From the NCBI GenBank assembly GCA_934486825.1, contig CAKSQF010000009.1:11298-75297 (forward strand): 64,000 nt of DNA. Direction: 5' to 3'. The notes below the pieces were generated by a model. It had not been told where the DNA came from and ran no database searches. It saw only the letters and a list, made by a program, of their open reading frames with translations. Source of the DNA: an uncultured Eubacteriales bacterium (GTDB lineage: Bacteria > Bacillota > Clostridia > Oscillospirales > CAG-272). Position numbers and translations under genes: made by a program. Below are positions 1 to 9,199 of this stretch, piece after piece. How positions within the stretch are numbered: position 1 is the first letter of the stretch; every line of letters starts with the position of its first letter.

Positions 1-1
1 G

Positions 2-322
2 CTCCATTGCGTAAGCCTCGCCGGTTCCAATCAGAATTCATTCAACATAGTTTACGATTATGTCGAAAACGACTGCATTGTACAGGCGCTTGCGGTAAAG
101 AACTGCATCGGCGGGGTATGCGGCTTTCTCGCTTCCCTCATTGCAAGCCGCCTTCTTGCCGTTATCGGTGAAGAAGGGATAAGCGTATTCGGTCTTACGG
201 TATACGGTCAGCAAATCCTTTCGGCAATCTCGGCGGCTGTTGCACTTTCGGCTGTTTTTTACACAAAATACAAAATAGAAAATAACAGATCAAAGGAGAA
301 AAATCAAAATGGTCAGAGTTAA
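2..322 (+). CDS. Membrane transporter, C-terminal fragment (5' end outside window)
   Basis: Frame 2 is open from the window edge to TAA 320-322. The translation (...GFLASLIASRLLAVIGEEGISVFGLTVYGQQILSAISAAVALSAVFYTKY...) looks like TM helices. The stop overlaps the next gene's start. A sugar-carrier family is only a guess from context. Confidence 0.35.
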   Translation, partial: LHCVSLAGSNQNSFNIVYDYVENDCIVQALAVKNCIGGVCGFLASLIASRLLAVIGEEGISVFGLTVYGQQILSAISAAVALSAVFYTKYKIENNRSKEKNQNGQS

Positions 323-1634
323 CATTGACGTTTCGGACAAAACAGGCGTCATCAAACCGATGCACTCGGTCAACAACGGTCCGGTCGGCGGCAAATCATC
401 AAACGTCGAAGCTTACCGTGCGGCGGGAATACCGTATGCTCGCACCCATGACTCATCCTTCAATGCAGGCTACGGAGGAGAGCACACGATTGATGTCCAC
501 CTGATATTCACAAATTTTGACGCCGACGAATACGACGAAAAATCATATGATTTTACGGTCACCGACAATTACATCAAAGAAATAATGTCCGTTGGTACCA
601 AGGTCTTCTACCGTCTCGGTTCAAAAATTGAGCACGGCATCAAGAAATACGGCACGGTTGTACCGAAGGATTATCACAAGTGGGCGGTCATCTGCGAACA
701 CATTATCCGTCACTACAATTACGGCTGGGCTGACGGTTTCCATTACAACATCGAATATTTCGAAATATGGAACGAAGCCGATCTCGGCGCCGGCAATATC
801 AAAAATCCCTGCTGGCAGGGAACCGAAGAACAGTTCTTCGAATTTTTCAATGTCGCCGCAAATCATCTGAAGAGCTGTTTTCCGGAGCTTAAGATCGGCG
901 GTCCTGCGCTCGCCTTCTGGAAGCATACCGACTGGGTAAACGGATTCTTTAACAGGCTCACCGCTCCTATCGACTTCTTCTCATGGCACATGTATTCCGA
1001 CGACCCGTCAAAGGTTGCGTCACGCATCCGTGATATCAGAGCTTATCTCGACGCGCACGGACTTGCAAAAGCCGAAAGTATTCTGAACGAATGGAACTAT
1101 GTCAAGGCATGGACGGGTGAAAACTGGCATTACAGTCTCGAAACCGAAAAAAATCTGAAAGGCTCCGCCTACATTTCATCGGTTATGCTTGAAAGCCAGA
1201 ACGCGCCGCTCGATCATCTCATGTTCTATGATGCACGTCCGTGTTCGATGAACTCAATGTTCAATACCGACATGCCGTGCAAGAAGCTGAAGGGCTACTA
1301 TCCGTTCCCCATGTTCAACAGTCTCTATTGTCTGAAAAACGCCGTTTCGGCAACAAGCGATGACGCAGATGTCAGGGTTGCCGCCGCAAACAACGAAAAC
1401 TGCTCGGCAATAATGCTCAGCCACTTCAACGACGACGAAAGTACTGCCGAAAAGGAAGTATCCGTACATGTACGTGGCGATCATGCCGGAACAAAGAAAG
1501 CATCGGTTTACATGCTTGACGACGTCAACAACTGCAAACTGACAAAGGAAGAGGTATTTACATCCGACGAATACACCATTGTTCTGAACATGCCTCTCTA
1601 CTCCACATGTCTTATAAAAATCGAATGTGAATAA
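309..1634 (+). CDS. Glycoside hydrolase, clan GH-A (GH39-like)
   Basis: 441-aa ORF preceded by AAAGGAG. EIWNEADL matches the clan GH-A acid/base NE motif, and SWHMY follows downstream. The family call is from memory of GH39-type enzymes. Confidence 0.55.
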   Translation: MVRVNIDVSDKTGVIKPMHSVNNGPVGGKSSNVEAYRAAGIPYARTHDSSFNAGYGGEHTIDVHLIFTNFDADEYDEKSYDFTVTDNYIKEIMSVGTKVFYRLGSKIEHGIKKYGTVVPKDYHKWAVICEHIIRHYNYGWADGFHYNIEYFEIWNEADLGAGNIKNPCWQGTEEQFFEFFNVAANHLKSCFPELKIGGPALAFWKHTDWVNGFFNRLTAPIDFFSWHMYSDDPSKVASRIRDIRAYLDAHGLAKAESILNEWNYVKAWTGENWHYSLETEKNLKGSAYISSVMLESQNAPLDHLMFYDARPCSMNSMFNTDMPCKKLKGYYPFPMFNSLYCLKNAVSATSDDADVRVAAANNENCSAIMLSHFNDDESTAEKEVSVHVRGDHAGTKKASVYMLDDVNNCKLTKEEVFTSDEYTIVLNMPLYSTCLIKIECE

Positions 1635-1677
1635 TTACGACACAAAAGGTGCGGACAGCATTGTCCGCACCTTTTTC

Positions 1678-3735
1678 TTATTTATTGATCTTTATAATTA
1701 CTCCCTCCGGAGGATGCTTTGCAAGATCCTCGCAGATTGCGATTACCGGGGCGGCAGCCCACGGATGGCAGAGGCTGGTGTTCCATTTTTTATCCTTACC
1801 CCATGCTTCGAAAAGGGTGGTCGCCCCCTCCCTCAGCATATTGAGCCACGAATTTTCGCCGTCATTCACGGCAAGAAGGTATTCAAGATCATATCTTCCG
1901 ATCGCCGCGCAAGCCTTCAAAACGAAATAGGCAAACTGAACGCCGCAAAAAAAGCCCTTCTCTTCTATCATTGAAGCAACAGAATCGTATGCATCCTTTT
2001 TCAGAAAGCCGTAAAAGGCGGGAATTACATTGGAGTGGAGTGAATGATGCGGTTTTCTGCCCGTTTCTCTGTAATATGACAGAGGTCGGTCCGCATACAG
2101 CCTGCGATCGGTGTCATAAAATGCCTTTTCGTATTCTCCGATAACCCCCGAGAAATCGTCGCAAAGTCGGTCTCCGACTATCGCATGCAGCTTATTACGG
2201 CAGATAAGTGCACCGATATAGTAGGCGTTTACAACATTATGGAGTGTGTCGGGAGCTATCGGATTTTCAAGCCCGCAGTCATAGCCGTCACGCAGATTGG
2301 GCGGCCAATCGACGATATTCCACTTATCCGTGACTCCAACCAGCAGTCGGTTTTCGTTTTCGAATTCTGAAAAATGCGCTATTATACCGTCAACAGTCGG
2401 CAGAAAGCGCGAAACGCTTTCGGCATCGCCCGTATGTCGGTAGTAATTAAGCAGTTGCAGTGGGTACTGAAGTGAAAAATCGGCTATCTCCTGCATATGG
2501 GAACCGGGTGCGACCGCCATAAGTCCGGGGCATATTGCCGCCGACGCCGCAAAATCCGAAAGAGTTTTCAGGTAAGGCTGTCTGTCGCCGGTTATACACA
2601 GCAATGCAAGACCGCTTACCGTAAAATCGCCGAGATACTGTCCTTTTTCACGGGTCGGGCAATCAAGAAATCCCTCCTGCGTCGCATATTTCAGGGTATC
2701 CCGACAGAGAGTCCACACCGATCCGAGCCTTGGGTCATTTGTTTCAAGCAGTCCTTTCGAATCATCAAAAGGATAGTGGCGCACGATTGCTGATATACCG
2801 TCTATATCTGTCGGTTTATCCGATATGAGATTGACATATCTGAACGCCTTATAGTCATAAAACTCGGGCACATCGATATTTCCGGACAGCGTCAGCGTCT
2901 CGGTATAATTACAGAGCGCTCTCAGTCTGCCGCGCACATTATATCCGTCGGTTTCCTCACCGCATATCACGGTAACCGTATCTCCGGCTCTGCCCTTCAG
3001 TCTCATGTTTAACTGTCCGACGATTTCCCTGCCGAAATCAATGAAAAGCTTTCCGCTCTCGTATCCGACCATGCGCTCGGGATTCAGCTCTTTGATCTCC
3101 AACACAGGAGTCGGTGCATCGGCAAATACATGTCCGTGGTCGGGATCAACAACCGCGCTCTCCCATCCGTCACCCTCGCCGAGCTTATCCCGGTTATCTT
3201 TCAGGCGAAAATCAATATTTTCGGTAAATGCGGTATCATAACCGATACGCTCACCGACTCCGTACTCATATGCTCTGCGGCAGATCCAGCCGTCAGAGCT
3301 TCCGAATACCCACTCGCCGTTTTTATACAGATCAAATATACACCCCTGTCGGTTATCGCCGCTGTTCCACACCCTGTTGACAAGCCCCTGATAAAAAACG
3401 TGAAGCGCGATCTTATTGACGTGATTCGGTTTTATGTATCCGCCAAGATCAATCTTATTGAAGCGGTAGAGAAACGGATAACCGGGAGCGGGTCCCTGAC
3501 AGACAAAACTGCCGTTTACATACAGCTTGTAATAATCATCCGCGCTGACATATGCAAAATAATCCGCCGCGCCGTCGGCAATATAGCTGCCGCAGAACCA
3601 TGTATGATCGGCAATGATTCCCTCGCCCGCGCGTGAAACTTTCCCGGGCGTCAGTTCCTTATGAAAATCATCTGTTTTGCAAAGACCCGCGAAACGGGAG
3701 GACGTTATCCACTGTGAAACAAATTCCATAGCCAC
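1678..3735 (-). CDS. Alpha-L-rhamnosidase-like glycoside hydrolase (GH78-type)
   Basis: 685-aa ORF. FLDCPTREKGQYLGD resembles the DCPxRE..G(W/Y)xGD signature of the GH78 six-hairpin catalytic domain, and the N-terminal beta-sandwich region has typical length. Confidence 0.6.
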   Translation of the reverse strand: MAMEFVSQWITSSRFAGLCKTDDFHKELTPGKVSRAGEGIIADHTWFCGSYIADGAADYFAYVSADDYYKLYVNGSFVCQGPAPGYPFLYRFNKIDLGGYIKPNHVNKIALHVFYQGLVNRVWNSGDNRQGCIFDLYKNGEWVFGSSDGWICRRAYEYGVGERIGYDTAFTENIDFRLKDNRDKLGEGDGWESAVVDPDHGHVFADAPTPVLEIKELNPERMVGYESGKLFIDFGREIVGQLNMRLKGRAGDTVTVICGEETDGYNVRGRLRALCNYTETLTLSGNIDVPEFYDYKAFRYVNLISDKPTDIDGISAIVRHYPFDDSKGLLETNDPRLGSVWTLCRDTLKYATQEGFLDCPTREKGQYLGDFTVSGLALLCITGDRQPYLKTLSDFAASAAICPGLMAVAPGSHMQEIADFSLQYPLQLLNYYRHTGDAESVSRFLPTVDGIIAHFSEFENENRLLVGVTDKWNIVDWPPNLRDGYDCGLENPIAPDTLHNVVNAYYIGALICRNKLHAIVGDRLCDDFSGVIGEYEKAFYDTDRRLYADRPLSYYRETGRKPHHSLHSNVIPAFYGFLKKDAYDSVASMIEEKGFFCGVQFAYFVLKACAAIGRYDLEYLLAVNDGENSWLNMLREGATTLFEAWGKDKKWNTSLCHPWAAAPVIAICEDLAKHPPEGVIIKINK

Positions 3736-3798
3736 CTCATTCGGTTGTTATTCCGGAAAAAGTGCCGCAAATATCTGCTATCTGCGGCACTTTTTTAA

Positions 3799-4122
3799 TC
3801 AATATGACACTGTAAGCTGCATCTTGAAGGCTTCCTCGGCGTAAACGGCGTGAGGAATGCCTTTGGGCATTATGAGAGTTTCGCCGGCTTCCAGAAAGAA
3901 GACATTTTCCCCTACGGTAAATTTTCCCTTGCCTTCAAGGACGGTAACCATTGCGTCGCCGCCTGCCGCATGGGAGGATATTTCCTCGCCCTTTGCAAAC
4001 GAAAAAACAGTCATGCTGACATAATCGTTCTGAACAAGCGTTTTACTTACGACCTGTCCTTCCCGGTAATCGACGAGTTGTGAAAGCTTCAGCTTTCTTT
4101 CCTTTTCAATATTCTTGTACAT
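3799..4122 (-). CDS. Cupin domain protein
   Basis: 107 aa. GEEISSHAAGGDAMVTVLEGKGKF...GETLIMPKGIPHAV carries the two cupin motifs (G..H.H...E and G....P.G..H). Confidence 0.65.
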   Translation of the reverse strand: MYKNIEKERKLKLSQLVDYREGQVVSKTLVQNDYVSMTVFSFAKGEEISSHAAGGDAMVTVLEGKGKFTVGENVFFLEAGETLIMPKGIPHAVYAEEAFKMQLTVSY

Positions 4123-4168
4123 TTTTCGATCTCTCTTTTATAAAAGCAGTTTCGGAATCAGTATTTCT

Positions 4169-5767
4169 TCAAAGCGTTGAAAAAATACGTGCTCCCTTTT
4201 TTCTTATCCACATCACAAGCGCAAGGTCTGCGGCAGCGGTCAGAGCGGAAAAACCCGCGGTGTACAATACCGGATAACCGAGTCCCGAAACACAGAATCC
4301 CGCAATAACAAAAACAACACCGTAAAACATTCCGCCGAGCAGGACGATCATAACTCCCATGCTCTGTTTTATCGGAACCATTTCGCTCGTCCATTCGAGA
4401 TTTGGCTTTTTCAGATTCACGAAAATTCCGGTCAGCGCCGACATAAGCACGAAAAGCTGCGGAAGCAGAAGCAATAATACTCCCATCACGACCGACGGCT
4501 TTATTACCACAACACCGACAACCGAGCAGATTGCCACCGGAACCGATGTCAGGAGCAGGTGAAGCTTTACTTTTGCACAAAGCGGTTTTACCGGGTCGAT
4601 CGGCAGTGACTGGAGTATATATATCGACTTACCTTCAAGCGACACCGACGGTGCGGTAATATCATTCATGGACGAAAGCACGCAGATCATTGCGACAAAC
4701 ACTATTACGATTTCGTTGCGGTTAAATTCAAACTCATTCAGAAACAGGTTAAAAATGTTGTTTCCCTGTACCGCAAGGTACACGGCGACAGCTATTATGA
4801 AAACGGTTCCGAACCCGCAGTTAAGCATATACGTAGGGCTGTGCATAAACCGCGCCGCTTCTTTTGCCAAAAGAGCGGAAGAAGTGCTTTTCATTCTTGC
4901 CTTCTTCGACTTATATTTCACCCGCTCTGTTTTTGACACCGAGGTTGCAATCGAGATAAAGCTTTTTGAGAGCAGATACCAGACAAGAGCAAGCGCAAGC
5001 AGGGTAACCGCAGTGAGAATCAGAATCGACAGGATATTTCCGGTTCCGACGCTTCCGAGCACATATATCGGATATGCGGCTCCTTTTATTGCTTTTCCAA
5101 CACTCTCAAGATTCTGCAAAAGACCGGTAATCAGTTCATTTGCTTTAAAATACACAATGTAATATATTGCGAGAAAAGCGAGAGAGAGCAAAACAGTTAT
5201 GATGCTCCTGTTCTTCAGCTTCTGACTTATCCGTGCGACAAGATAGCCGAGTGCACATGACAGCACAAGGACTATGAGCGATATCATAATTACAAGTATC
5301 AGACTGCCTATTACCGAAAGCACCGTCTGCCCTGCCGTTATGAAATAGACGACAATTGCCGGCAGTATGACAACAGCCGAGAACATAAGTCCCATAAGAT
5401 ACACGCTGAGCAGTCTCGAAACAAGCAGACATCTCACCGGAATCGGCATCGAAAGCAGCATATCGTTATCCTTGGCAAGGTACAGTCCCGAATACGTATT
5501 GAAAACGCTTCCGAAAATGCCCAATGCGATCGCTATCATGCCGATTATCGCAAAATACATCCAGTCAAGTCCCGCATCCACCATGGGCTTACACATTGTA
5601 AGTGCCAGGTAGGTGAACATTCCCCCGATTGCACAGACCAGGAGCAACGCATAAAGTATTACGAAAATGATACTTGTGACCTTACTGCGGGCTTTCCCCT
5701 TCTTCCTGTCATAGAAAAAGCTTTGGTTGATCTCCGCAAACTGTTTTTTCAGCAAAGTTTTAAGCAT
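4169..5767 (-). CDS. ABC transporter permease (multi-pass, ABC-2-like)
   Basis: Highly hydrophobic ORF immediately downstream of the ATPase. The start is moved to ATG 5767 (MLKTLLKKQF), which has GGAGGAAAAATC upstream. The longer ORF-track start would overlap the ATPase gene. Confidence 0.6.
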   Translation of the reverse strand: MLKTLLKKQFAEINQSFFYDRKKGKARSKVTSIIFVILYALLLVCAIGGMFTYLALTMCKPMVDAGLDWMYFAIIGMIAIALGIFGSVFNTYSGLYLAKDNDMLLSMPIPVRCLLVSRLLSVYLMGLMFSAVVILPAIVVYFITAGQTVLSVIGSLILVIMISLIVLVLSCALGYLVARISQKLKNRSIITVLLSLAFLAIYYIVYFKANELITGLLQNLESVGKAIKGAAYPIYVLGSVGTGNILSILILTAVTLLALALVWYLLSKSFISIATSVSKTERVKYKSKKARMKSTSSALLAKEAARFMHSPTYMLNCGFGTVFIIAVAVYLAVQGNNIFNLFLNEFEFNRNEIVIVFVAMICVLSSMNDITAPSVSLEGKSIYILQSLPIDPVKPLCAKVKLHLLLTSVPVAICSVVGVVVIKPSVVMGVLLLLLPQLFVLMSALTGIFVNLKKPNLEWTSEMVPIKQSMGVMIVLLGGMFYGVVFVIAGFCVSGLGYPVLYTAGFSALTAAADLALVMWIRKKGARIFSTL

Positions 5768-5783
5768 AGATTTTTCCTCCCGA

Positions 5784-6494
5784 TCAGGCGTTATCGGCAA
5801 GTTCAAGGAATACATCCTCAAGACTTTCGTCCCCTCTGACCTCTTCCATGGTTCCCGAGCGCACAAGCTTGCCTTTACTGATTATTGCGACCCTGTCACA
5901 AAGCTTTTCGGCAACCTCCAGTACGTGGGTTGAGAAAAATATCGCCCCTCCGTTATCGCAAAGCTCACGCATCATTGTTTTCAGCAGATGCGCGGCTGTC
6001 GGGTCAAGTCCGACAAACGGTTCGTCCATGATAACAAGCTTCGGATCATGAATCCATGCCGATATCACCGCCAGTTTCTGCTTCATACCGTGCGAATAGG
6101 CGGAAACCGGCTGTCCGAGGTCTTCGGTAAGTCCGAATGCGTCGGCATATTTTTTTATCCGCTCACTGCGTACATCGGCAGGAACTCCGAAAATATCCGC
6201 AACAAAATTAAGATATTTTATTCCCGTCATAAATTCATACAGGTCGGGATTATCCGGGATATATGCAATTTTCTTTTTGCACTCTATCGGCGCGTCCTTT
6301 ATCGACTTACCGTCGATAAAAATATTTCCGCCGTCAAAATCGAGTATGCCGACCACCGACTTCAGAGTCGTGGTCTTGCCCGCTCCGTTATGCCCTATAA
6401 ATCCGTATATTTCGCCCTTCGCGATATGCAGTGACAGATCGTCAACCGCCTTTTTATCGCCGTATGTCTTTGTTAAGTGTTCAATTTTAAGCAT
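5784..6494 (-). CDS. ABC transporter ATP-binding protein
   Basis: Walker A GHNGAGKTT, signature YSHGMKQK and Walker B LVIMDEP. Start set at ATG 6494, with AGGAGG 5 nt upstream. Confidence 0.85.
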   Translation of the reverse strand: MLKIEHLTKTYGDKKAVDDLSLHIAKGEIYGFIGHNGAGKTTTLKSVVGILDFDGGNIFIDGKSIKDAPIECKKKIAYIPDNPDLYEFMTGIKYLNFVADIFGVPADVRSERIKKYADAFGLTEDLGQPVSAYSHGMKQKLAVISAWIHDPKLVIMDEPFVGLDPTAAHLLKTMMRELCDNGGAIFFSTHVLEVAEKLCDRVAIISKGKLVRSGTMEEVRGDESLEDVFLELADNA

Positions 6495-6545
6495 ATGCTC
6501 CTCCTTACCGATCCGCATCGGGTACGGACAACAGGTATCCGTCCC

Positions 6546-6574
6546 ATTATACTAACATTTGAAAATGTTGTCAA
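6546..6574 (-). promoter_or_regulatory. Sigma-70-type promoter for the ABC-2 operon
   Basis: On the minus strand: TTGACA (6574-6569), 17-nt spacer, TATAAT (6551-6546). The spacer contains the palindrome ACATTT-TC-AAATGT. Confidence 0.5.
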
Positions 6575-6592
6575 TAGAATAAGGAAAATCTC

Positions 6593-6625
6593 AACCAAAA
6601 AACAGCAGACACACAGTCTGCTGTT
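6593..6625 (-). terminator. Rho-independent terminator after the amino-acid ABC operon
   Basis: Stem aacagcagac / gtctgctgtt (6601-6610 and 6616-6625). An A-run at 6593-6600 gives a U-tract on the minus strand, and a T-run also follows on the plus strand. Confidence 0.6.
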
Positions 6626-6633
6626 ATATTTTT

Positions 6634-7458
6634 TCAAAGCACGCACTTGAGAAACTGCTGTGTACGCGGATTTTTCGGGTGGTCAAAAAGCTCTGCGGGT
6701 GTTCCCTCTTCTGTAATTGCTCCGTCACTCATAAATATGACACGATCCGCAACCTCTCTTGCAAATCCCATTTCATGGGTAACGATCACCATCGTCATTC
6801 CTTCTGCGGCGAGCTTGCGTATCAGGTCAAGAACCTCGCCGACCATCTCGGGATCAAGCGCCGATGTAGGCTCGTCAAAAAGGATCACCTTCGGATTCAT
6901 TGCGAGCGAACGCACTATTGCTATACGCTGCTTCTGCCCTCCCGACAGTGTTGACGGATAAACATTTTCCTTATCACGAAGTCCTATCCTGTCAAGAAGC
7001 GAGCAGGCATTTTCATATGCCTTTTCCTTTATCGATTTAACGCTTTCGGTGATCGGTTCGAGCGGCAGTTTTTGCTTTCTGAAAAGATTTGCAAACTTTC
7101 TGCAGGCATTCGCCCTTTTTTTCTGCGCAAGTCTAACCTTTCCTATATGAACCGGAGCGAGCATTATATTTTCTATTACGGTTTTATTGTTGAAGAGATT
7201 GAACTGCTGGAACACCATTCCCATTCTCTCTCTGTGGCGGTTTATATCAACTCTCATATCGGCAAGGTTCTCGCCCTCAAAGAAGATCGAGCCGCCGGTC
7301 GGGTCCTCCATACAGTTGAGGCAGCGCAAAAATGTCGATTTTCCGCTTCCGGACGGTCCTATGACCACGACCTTCTCGCCATCGGCAACAGTCGTTGTTA
7401 TCCCCTTCAATACTTCAACATCGCCGTATTTTTTTGTCAGATCAACGACCTCTATCAC
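6634..7458 (-). CDS. Amino acid ABC transporter ATP-binding protein (GlnQ/polar amino acid type)
   Basis: [30 protein letters not shown] and THEM motifs. Carries a ~30-aa basic insertion (see findings). Confidence 0.85.
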   Translation of the reverse strand: MIEVVDLTKKYGDVEVLKGITTTVADGEKVVVIGPSGSGKSTFLRCLNCMEDPTGGSIFFEGENLADMRVDINRHRERMGMVFQQFNLFNNKTVIENIMLAPVHIGKVRLAQKKRANACRKFANLFRKQKLPLEPITESVKSIKEKAYENACSLLDRIGLRDKENVYPSTLSGGQKQRIAIVRSLAMNPKVILFDEPTSALDPEMVGEVLDLIRKLAAEGMTMVIVTHEMGFAREVADRVIFMSDGAITEEGTPAELFDHPKNPRTQQFLKCVL

Positions 7459-8152
7459 TTTTCCCGAGGCTCCTTTCCATAATTTTTATGCAAAGTGTAA
7501 TTACAAGGACTATGACTATATACAGCAGTGCCATTACGATATACGGAATCATAAATTCGTAGCTGGTCGAGCCTATATTGTTGAAGGCAACATAAAGATC
7601 GACCGCGCCGACGAACGAAACGACAGACGTCTCTTTGATAAGGGCGATAAATTCGTTACCGAGCGTCGGCAATATGTTTTTAACCGCCTGCGGAATGACA
7701 ATCTTTATCATTGTGGTTGAATATGACAGACCCACCGATCTTCCGCCCTCCATCTGACCGCGATCGACCGACTGAATACCGCTCCTCATTATTTCGGATA
7801 TATATGCGCCGCTGTTGAGTCCGAAAACACACACCGAAACGGTTACCGAATCAAGATTCAGTCCCATGAGCGGAAGCGCAACGTAATAAAACACAAGAAG
7901 CTGAACAACCATCGGCGTTCCGCGGAAAAGCGCAACATAAAAGGCGCATATTTTATCGAGCACACGCGGCAGGCGCTTATATTTCGGCATCACGCGCACA
8001 ATGGCTATAAGCGTTCCTATCACTATACCGATAAGCAAACCGAGAACGGCAATCACTGCCGTGTTTTTCAGTCCGGTCAGCACCTCGCGATATCCGCCGT
8101 AATCTATGAAATATTTGATGAAAGTTTGAATTTTTCTGTCAAAATCGGACAT
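7442..8152 (-). CDS. Amino acid ABC transporter permease
   Basis: 236 aa with His/Glu/Gln/Arg-type permease features ([14 protein letters not shown]-loop-like [11 protein letters not shown]). Overlaps the ATPase gene start. Confidence 0.85.
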   Translation of the reverse strand: MSDFDRKIQTFIKYFIDYGGYREVLTGLKNTAVIAVLGLLIGIVIGTLIAIVRVMPKYKRLPRVLDKICAFYVALFRGTPMVVQLLVFYYVALPLMGLNLDSVTVSVCVFGLNSGAYISEIMRSGIQSVDRGQMEGGRSVGLSYSTTMIKIVIPQAVKNILPTLGNEFIALIKETSVVSFVGAVDLYVAFNNIGSTSYEFMIPYIVMALLYIVIVLVITLCIKIMERSLGKSDRGR

Positions 8153-8237
8153 CTTTTTATCCTTTCGTGAGGTTTACAAACAGCATTTGAGGCTGTCTCA
8201 GACGAGACAACCTCATATGCCGCTCATTATCTGTTTT

Positions 8238-9077
8238 TTACTTATCGCCGTTGAGCGCCTTTACTATGCAGTCCGCCGGCGCGGAATCGATCACGACATA
8301 GTTTATGTTTCCGTTGAGCAGGTCCTGAACTGCCAGCGATCCGTTTTTATAACCCTTTCCGGTAACTTTGAAGTTGTTGGACGCATAATCGTCTTCGTTA
8401 TTGACGAACATCTTGCCGGTTGTTCCGTTCTGATAACCCACGGTGATCTTGCTGTCAAGCTTCTGAAGCTGTGCAATGACATCCTCTGCGGTCTTGCAGT
8501 TGTCAAAAGTCGTATCGTCCGAAGATACGATAAGCTTCTGCGATGCCTTATAGTAGGTTTCCGAGAAGTTGACGTGTTCCTTCCTGTCCTCTTTGACGGT
8601 AAGCCCGGCCATTGCTATGTCGCACTTGTGCTGTCCTACGCTGAGGCAGACCGCATCAAAATCCATGTTGTTTATTACAAGCTCTTTTCCGAGTTCTTCG
8701 GCAAGCAATGCCGCAATTTCCATATCGATACCGTAGTATGTATCGCCTTCCTTATACTCGAACGGTTCAAAGCTTGCGTTTGTCGCAACCACGAGCTGAT
8801 CTTTTGAAGCATCATACTCTGCCGACTTCACGCCGACCTTTTCACTGCTTCCGAAATAGTGATCGCAGATCTCATCGAACTTTCCGTTTTCCTTGATCTT
8901 CTTGATAAACGCGTTCACCTTTTCAAGAAGCTCGGGCTGATCCTTGTCCACGCCGAACGCGTAATCCTCCTGAGTCAGCTCAATCTCAATGATCTTCGCT
9001 TTTTTTGCGCCGCCGCAACCGACAAGCATGGTTGCAATCATTATGAAGCATATCGCTCCGCAAATGAATTTTTTCAT
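8238..9077 (-). CDS. Amino acid ABC transporter substrate-binding lipoprotein
   Basis: Start at ATG 9077 (MKKFICGAICFIMIATMLVGCGG) gives a signal peptide with an LVGC lipobox. GGAGG lies upstream. Type-3 periplasmic-binding-like body. Confidence 0.8.
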   Translation of the reverse strand: MKKFICGAICFIMIATMLVGCGGAKKAKIIEIELTQEDYAFGVDKDQPELLEKVNAFIKKIKENGKFDEICDHYFGSSEKVGVKSAEYDASKDQLVVATNASFEPFEYKEGDTYYGIDMEIAALLAEELGKELVINNMDFDAVCLSVGQHKCDIAMAGLTVKEDRKEHVNFSETYYKASQKLIVSSDDTTFDNCKTAEDVIAQLQKLDSKITVGYQNGTTGKMFVNNEDDYASNNFKVTGKGYKNGSLAVQDLLNGNINYVVIDSAPADCIVKALNGDK

Positions 9078-9199
9078 TTTTTTGTCCTCCGTAAAATGCA
9101 TGTTTGAAATTTGATGTGCCTATTATACTGCATAAAAATACATTTGTCAAGAGGTTTTTTGAAAAAATATTCATTTTTTAAAAGTTTTTTTGCATATTA

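Noticed and set aside
4158-4580. 140-aa minus-strand ORF overlapping the 3' part of the ABC-2 permease gene in another frame.
   Set aside because: It is an off-frame read of the permease gene, with Arg/Cys-rich composition and no independent start signals.
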